Position numbers and translations under genes: made by a program. This document shows positions 58,861-64,000 of a stretch of DNA of 64,000 nucleotides, piece after piece. This DNA is from Nitrososphaerota archaeon (GTDB lineage Archaea; Thermoproteota; Nitrososphaeria_A; Caldarchaeales; Calditenuaceae), in NCBI GenBank assembly GCA_033581555.1, contig JAVQSZ010000005.1, forward strand, positions 32,001-96,000, in the 5' to 3' direction. The number at the start of each line of letters is the position of its first letter. The first letter of the stretch is position 1. The notes below the pieces were generated by a model, which worked only from the letters and a program-made list of their open reading frames with translations, was not told the DNA's origin and did no database searches.

Positions 58861-60416
58861 GACCCATCACCACCTGTTCTCATGCTGAGGGCCTGCGAGA
58901 CCGCGCCTCCCACCGCCATCGCGACCGCCATCGCCGGGTCGTGGGCGAGCCCCCTTCCGACGAGCGTCGAACCGTTGAACCTCAAGACCACCTCGGCCTC
59001 CGCAGGGCACCTGTCCGGGTTGGGCGGGACGTATACGGAGCACTCGACCACCTCCACTGGGCCCAGGACCCTCGAGACGACGTTCGCGACCGCCGAGATC
59101 GAGGCGGAGACCGGCGACCTGCCCCTCCCGAACCCCGTGACGCGCTCGCCCCTGAGGAAGACCTCTACCTCGCCAGAGACCTCCCGACCGTCGGCCCTCA
59201 ACGAGACCGAGATCACCTCGAGGGGCTGCGAGGAGACCAGCGACGGGTCGTCCCTGACGAGCCCTAGCAGGAGCTGCTCGGTCAGCCTCGCGCCCGTGTC
59301 CGCGAGCTCCTTCACCCTCTCCAGGACCCTCTTCCCCTCCTCGAGGTCAAGCTCGAACCCGTGCTGCCTGAGGACCTCGACGACCGCGTGGGTCCCCGAG
59401 TGCTTCCCGACCACTATCCTCCTCCTCTTCCCGACCAGCTCCGGAGCTATCGGCTCGTAGGTGAGGGGGTTGTTGATGACGCCGTGGACGTGAATGCCGC
59501 TCTCGTGGCTGAAGGCGTGGTCCCCGACGACCGCCTTGTTCCTCTGGACCACCATCCCGGTGAGGCTCGAGACCAGCCTCGAGACGGCCGCCAGCTTGCT
59601 CAGGTCTATCCCGGAGTCGACGCCGTAGAGCACCTTCAGGGCCACGACCACCTCCTCCAGGCTCGCGTTCCCAGCCCTCTCCCCGATCCCGTTGACCGTG
59701 ACGTGGACGATCTCGGCTCCGCCCTCTACGCCCGCGATCGTGTTGGCGGTCGCTAGGCCCATGTCGTCGTGGCAGTGGACCGCTACCGGAAGGCCCGTGG
59801 CCTCCCTCACCTGCCTCGCCAGCTCCCTCATCACGAGCGGAATCGCGACTCCTACCGTGTCGGGGACGTCGAGGCTGTCCGCGCCCGCCTCTGCAGCTCC
59901 CTTGTAGACCCTCAGGAGGAAGGACCTCTCGGACCTCGTCGCGTCCTCGCAGGAGAAGTGGACCTCGACGCCACGCGACTTCGCGTACTCGACGCTCTCC
60001 ACCGCAGCCTCGTAGACCTGCTCCGGCGTCATCCTGAGCTTGTGCCTCATGTGGATCTCCGAGGTCGCGATGAAGACGTGGACCCAATCGACCCCCGCGT
60101 CCACCGCCCTGTCGATGTCCCTCCTGTCGCACCTCGCCAGCGCGCAGACCTTCGGCCCCAGACCCAGCCTCGAGATCTCCCTCACCGCCTCGTGCTCGCC
60201 CCTCGAGACGGCCGGGTAACCGGCCTCGATCACCGCGACGCCGAGCTCAGCCAGCGCCCTCGCGACCTCCACCTTCTCCTCCTTCCTCAGCGAGACTCCC
60301 GGCGTCTGTTCTCCGTCCCTCAGCGTCGTGTCGAAGACCTGCACCCGCTCGGGGAGGAGACGGAATGCGTCCCGGACAACGCTGCCCCACGACACGGTTC
60401 CCACCTCAGGGGGCAA
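58857..60416 (-). CDS. leuA: 2-isopropylmalate/citramalate synthase family protein
   Basis: DTTLRDGEQ, PDTVG, HCHDD, GIGERAGN, HESGIH, GKHSG, C-terminal regulatory domain; true start may be GTG 60395 after GAGGTG. Confidence 0.88.
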   Translation of the reverse strand: MPPEVGTVSWGSVVRDAFRLLPERVQVFDTTLRDGEQTPGVSLRKEEKVEVARALAELGVAVIEAGYPAVSRGEHEAVREISRLGLGPKVCALARCDRRDIDRAVDAGVDWVHVFIATSEIHMRHKLRMTPEQVYEAAVESVEYAKSRGVEVHFSCEDATRSERSFLLRVYKGAAEAGADSLDVPDTVGVAIPLVMRELARQVREATGLPVAVHCHDDMGLATANTIAGVEGGAEIVHVTVNGIGERAGNASLEEVVVALKVLYGVDSGIDLSKLAAVSRLVSSLTGMVVQRNKAVVGDHAFSHESGIHVHGVINNPLTYEPIAPELVGKRRRIVVGKHSGTHAVVEVLRQHGFELDLEEGKRVLERVKELADTGARLTEQLLLGLVRDDPSLVSSQPLEVISVSLRADGREVSGEVEVFLRGERVTGFGRGRSPVSASISAVANVVSRVLGPVEVVECSVYVPPNPDRCPAEAEVVLRFNGSTLVGRGLAHDPAMAVAMAVGGAVSQALSMRTGGDGS

Positions 60417-60606
60417 GCGCCGGCGGGGAGGAACGTCGAGACACGAACTCGTTCGGCTCCGCGAAGTGACAGTTCCGAACTCCGGTCAACCCACGTGCCC
60501 GAGCAATAGGCACCACCGGCTTGCACCGACGCGGATTCTGCTCCGATTTATACCTTCCTAAACGACCGACGGTCGCAGACCTTCGAGGGGTATCGGCTTA
60601 ATTACA

Positions 60607-60885
60607 GTGCCGGACGCTCTCTCGGCGTTGAGGGAGCCGAAGTACCAGGTCGAGGTGAAGCAGTCCTCCAGGGCCCTAAGGGTCGAGAGGCAGCTAGTCG
60701 AGGAGCTGAAGGGCTCGCTCAGCGCGAAGGTCATCTCCCGGATGAGGAAGGAGTACGTCGACTGCCCGGTCGCGGGCGCACAGCTCCCCTTCCTGATCTG
60801 CTACAACTGCACCTCGTTCATCAGGAGGGTCTCGGGGGTGGTCCACTGCGAGGGGAAGGAGCAGAGGCTGAGGGACAGGACATGA
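60607..60885 (+). CDS. Hypothetical protein with four C-terminal Cys
   Basis: DCP...CYNC...HC; TTAATTA upstream. Confidence 0.7.
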   Translation: MPDALSALREPKYQVEVKQSSRALRVERQLVEELKGSLSAKVISRMRKEYVDCPVAGAQLPFLICYNCTSFIRRVSGVVHCEGKEQRLRDRT

Positions 60886-61151
60886 ACCAGGGCATGGTCC
60901 TCTCGGGGCTCGTCACAACGGTCTTCGGCGTGATATTCCTGCTAACGGGCTTCATCCCGCTCGGCGCCCTGATACTCGTCGGGATCGCGATGTTCGTCAT
61001 CGGGATAGGGGCGCCGCCCTCGGAGCCCGTCACCCCTCAGGACCCGACGAAGAAGTTCTGCTGGTACTGCATGGAGGAGATCGACAAGGACGCCACGACC
61101 TGCCCCTACTGCGGCATAGAGCAGATCGAGGAGGGGAAGAAGCGGGGATAG
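60882..61151 (+). CDS. Two-TM protein with C-terminal zinc ribbon
   Basis: Two hydrophobic helices, then CWYC...CPYCG; ATGA overlap. Confidence 0.78.
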   Translation: MNQGMVLSGLVTTVFGVIFLLTGFIPLGALILVGIAMFVIGIGAPPSEPVTPQDPTKKFCWYCMEEIDKDATTCPYCGIEQIEEGKKRG

Positions 61152-61181
61152 AATTAAAGCGGGCTGGCGGGCGATACGGGC

Positions 61182-62378
61182 ATGCGCGTCGCGCTTGCCT
61201 ACAGCGGAGGGCTCGACACGACCGTCTCGATCAAGTGGCTCCAGGAGAAATACGGTGCGGAGGTGATCACGGTTACCGTCGATGTCGGCCAACCCGAGGA
61301 CTTCGAGGAGGTCGAGAGGAGGGCGTACACGGCTGGTGCGGTCAAGCACTACCTGATCGACGGGAAGGCGAGGTTCGCGGAGGAGTTCGTCTCTAAGGCG
61401 ATCAAGGCGAACGCCCTTTACGAGGGCGAGTACCCGGTCTCGACCGCACTGGCGAGGTACCTGATCGCGGAGGAGGTGGCGAAGGTCGCGAAGGCCGAGG
61501 GCTGCGACGCGGTCGCGCACGGTTGCACCGGAAAGGGGAACGACCAGCTGAGGTTCGACGCGACCTTCGCGGTCCTGGTCCCCGAGATGAGGGTGATCGC
61601 GCCCGTCAGGGAGTGGGGGATGAGCAGGGACGAGGAGGTCGAGTACGCCAGGTCTAAGGGCCTGAGGCTGGACCTGAAGAAGAGCAGGTTCAGCATCGAC
61701 GAGAACCTCTGGGGCAGGTCCCTCGAGGCTGGGGAGCTGGAGGACCCGTGGAACGAGCCGCCCTGGGACGCGCTGAAGTTCGTGAGGCCTCCGTCAGAGT
61801 GGAGGGACGGCGAGGACCTGGTCGTGGAGTTCGAGGGAGGCGTGCCGGTCGCGGTCGACGGCGAGAGGATGAGACTCGACGCGATGGTACAGCACCTGAA
61901 CTTCAGGGCCGGGAGGCACGGGGTCGGGCTGATCGACCACATCGAGGACAGAGTTGTAGGCCTGAAGTCAAGGGAGGTCTACGAGGCACCGGCCGCGACC
62001 GTACTGATCAGGGCCCACAGGGACCTGGAGAAGCTGGTGTTGAGCAGGAGGGCCCTCGCCTTCAAGAGGCAGGTCGAGGAGGAGTGGGCCTGGCTCGTCT
62101 ACGCGGGGCTCTGGTACGACCCGTTGAGGGAGGCGCTGGACGCGTTCGTCGAGGAGACCCAGAAGGCCGTGGCCGGCGAGGTGAGGTTGAGGCTCGAGAA
62201 GGGCGCGCTGCTGGTCAGGGGGAGGAGGAGCCCTTACTCGGCTTACGCGGAGGACCTGATCACGTACTCGGCCGCGAGCAGGTTCGATCAGCGGGCCGGA
62301 GAGGCCTTCTCGAGGATCTGGTCGTTGGAGTCGCAGATCGTCAACAGGGCCAGGGGGAGGTTCAGGTCCGGCCGCTGA
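61182..62378 (+). CDS. argG: Argininosuccinate synthase
   Basis: LAYSGGLDT, HGCTGKGNDQ, SIDENLWG, GLKSREVYEAP. Confidence 0.97.
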   Translation: MRVALAYSGGLDTTVSIKWLQEKYGAEVITVTVDVGQPEDFEEVERRAYTAGAVKHYLIDGKARFAEEFVSKAIKANALYEGEYPVSTALARYLIAEEVAKVAKAEGCDAVAHGCTGKGNDQLRFDATFAVLVPEMRVIAPVREWGMSRDEEVEYARSKGLRLDLKKSRFSIDENLWGRSLEAGELEDPWNEPPWDALKFVRPPSEWRDGEDLVVEFEGGVPVAVDGERMRLDAMVQHLNFRAGRHGVGLIDHIEDRVVGLKSREVYEAPAATVLIRAHRDLEKLVLSRRALAFKRQVEEEWAWLVYAGLWYDPLREALDAFVEETQKAVAGEVRLRLEKGALLVRGRRSPYSAYAEDLITYSAASRFDQRAGEAFSRIWSLESQIVNRARGRFRSGR

Positions 62379-63740
62379 GGAACTTCTCCCTCACTGCCTC
62401 GAACCGCTCCTCCGCTCTCCTGATCACCGACTCCTCGTCCATCGTCAGCACCTTTCCGTCCATCACGACCGGTTGACCGTCCACGAGGACGTGGGCGACG
62501 TCGCGGCCCGTCGCCGCGTAGATGAGCAGGGATACTGGGTCGGTGAACGGGGCCAGCGAAGGGCTGCCGGTCCTGACCACTACCACGTCGCCCCTCTTCC
62601 CCCTCTCCAGCGTGCCTACGAGACCTTCCAGTCCAAGGGCCCTCGCTCCACCGATCGTCGCGACCTCGAGGGCGTCCCAGGCCGTGAAGCGGTCCGGTCC
62701 GTGGAGCGCCTTCTGGAAGAGTGCCGCGACCTTCATCTCCCTCACCATGTCGTAGGAGTCGTTGCTCGGTCCCCCGTCGCACCCCAGGGAGACGTTGACG
62801 CCCTTCTCGAGCATCCTCGCGACCGGCGCTATCCCCGAACCGAGCTTCGCGTTGGAGGAGGGGCAGTGGGCCACCGAGGTCCCGGTAGCCGCGAACGCCT
62901 CCAAGTCCTCCTCCGAGAGCCAGACGCAGTGGGCGTAGACCCTCTTCCTCCCCAGCAGCCCGAACCCCCTCAGGAAGGACGAGGGCGTGAAGCCCCTCGA
63001 GGCGAAGTAGGCCACGTCGTCCCTAACCTCCGCGAGGTGCATGGTGATGCCCGCGCCGGTCTCCTCCGCGAGCTCCGCTGCCCTTCGAAACATCTCGTCC
63101 GAGACCGCTCCCGGCGTCCTGAGCCCGATCCAGAAGTCGATCCTGCCCCCGCCAGCGCCGGCCCACTTCCTCCTCGCTTCGAGGAACTGCTTGAGGCACT
63201 CCTCGCCGTCCTCGACCATGCCCTCGGGGAGCGCGTTCCCAATCGACGCGTAGCCCTGCAGGTCCATCACCTTCTTCGAGAGCACGGCCCTAATACCGGA
63301 CCTGAGGACCGACTCGGCTATCCCGTCGATACCGTACCTCGCGTGGAGCCCTGCCTCGAGGAACGTCGTAGTCCCGGTCCTGAGCATCTCGAGGACGCAG
63401 AGCTCTGCGCTGGCCCTCCCGTCCTCGTTGTCGTAGACGCCCTGAAGCCTCCAGACCCACTCCCTCAGCCACGGGATCAACGTGACTGTGTCTGGAACGA
63501 ACCCGCGTATCAGGGCCTGGGCGAGGTGAACGTGCGTGTCGACCAGTCCTGGTATCGCGACGCCCCTAGGCTCGTCTATCACCAGGTCGTCCTTAGACCA
63601 CTTCCCAACGCCGTCGCGCCCGCCGACGTACGAGATCTCCCCGTCCTCGACCAGAACGGCTCCGTCCCTGATGACCTCTCCCCTCCTCGCGACCGAGACG
63701 ACCGCGCCGCACCTGATGAGGACCCTCTCGACTCTACCCA
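62362..63740 (-). CDS. Amidohydrolase-superfamily deaminase (MTA/SAH or purine deaminase-like)
   Basis: PGLVDTHVH, MHLAE, AHCV, HCPSSNAKL, GCDG. Confidence 0.9.
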
Positions 63741-64000
63741 TGCCCCTCCCCACCGGCCTTGAGCTTGTCGACGACGCCCGCCTCCTTCAGGAGCCAGTAG
63801 ACCTTTTCAGGGGTCATGGGGACCGAGGTGGGCTCGACGCCGCACGCGTCCGCGATCGCGTTGGCTATCGCCGGCGCGACCGAGAGGATCCCGACCTCGC
63901 CTATGCCCTTCGCGCCGAACGGCCCCTCCTCCTCGAAGGTCTCGACGGGTATCACATCGATCCTCGGGGAGTCCTTCGAGCTCGGTATCAGGTAGGTGGA
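63734..64000 (-). CDS. 3' end of a xanthine dehydrogenase-family molybdopterin subunit (partial)
   Basis: GPFGAKGIGE, APAIANAIADA, PMTPEKV. Confidence 0.88.
   Translation of the reverse strand, partial: STYLIPSSKDSPRIDVIPVETFEEEGPFGAKGIGEVGILSVAPAIANAIADACGVEPTSVPMTPEKVYWLLKEAGVVDKLKAGGEGHG

Overview
GC-rich archaeal core-genome window, most consistent with a TACK archaeon of the Aigarchaeota/Caldarchaeales type. The assignment is inferred from the 16S sequence, crenactin, an intron-containing tRNA and many leaderless genes with GTG/TTG starts. No CRISPR array, integrase or transposase is evident. Contents in order: Liv-type ABC transporter in a convergent layout; CoA-transferase/amidase cluster; small islet with a Tat-signal nitroreductase; stand-alone 16S rRNA gene with a bulge-helix-bulge (BHB) processing stem; RadB-like gene; OSTC/OST3-6-like gene; Opp transporter; tRNA-Tyr (intron) and tRNA-His; glnK-amt; TlpA-VKOR; A/V-ATPase subunits H and C; CoxL-like subunit; hinge-less SMC plus kleisin; small partner gene plus PolB2; ECF transporter; crenactin; EndoQ; aCPSF1; TopoVI-A; SWIM (SWS1-like) protein; EndoIV; ilvB; leuA; argG. 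Most notable: (1) a 580-aa hinge-less SMC with SMC5/6-like head motifs coupled to a kleisin, directly upstream of a PolB2 cassette whose promoter has three phased ANTTTC boxes; (2) crenactin with no arcadin neighbours; (3) compensated substitutions in near-universal 16S positions; (4) two probable CTG start codons; (5) a structured 5' leader before leuA-ilvB. All family assignments come from recalled motifs, not from searches.
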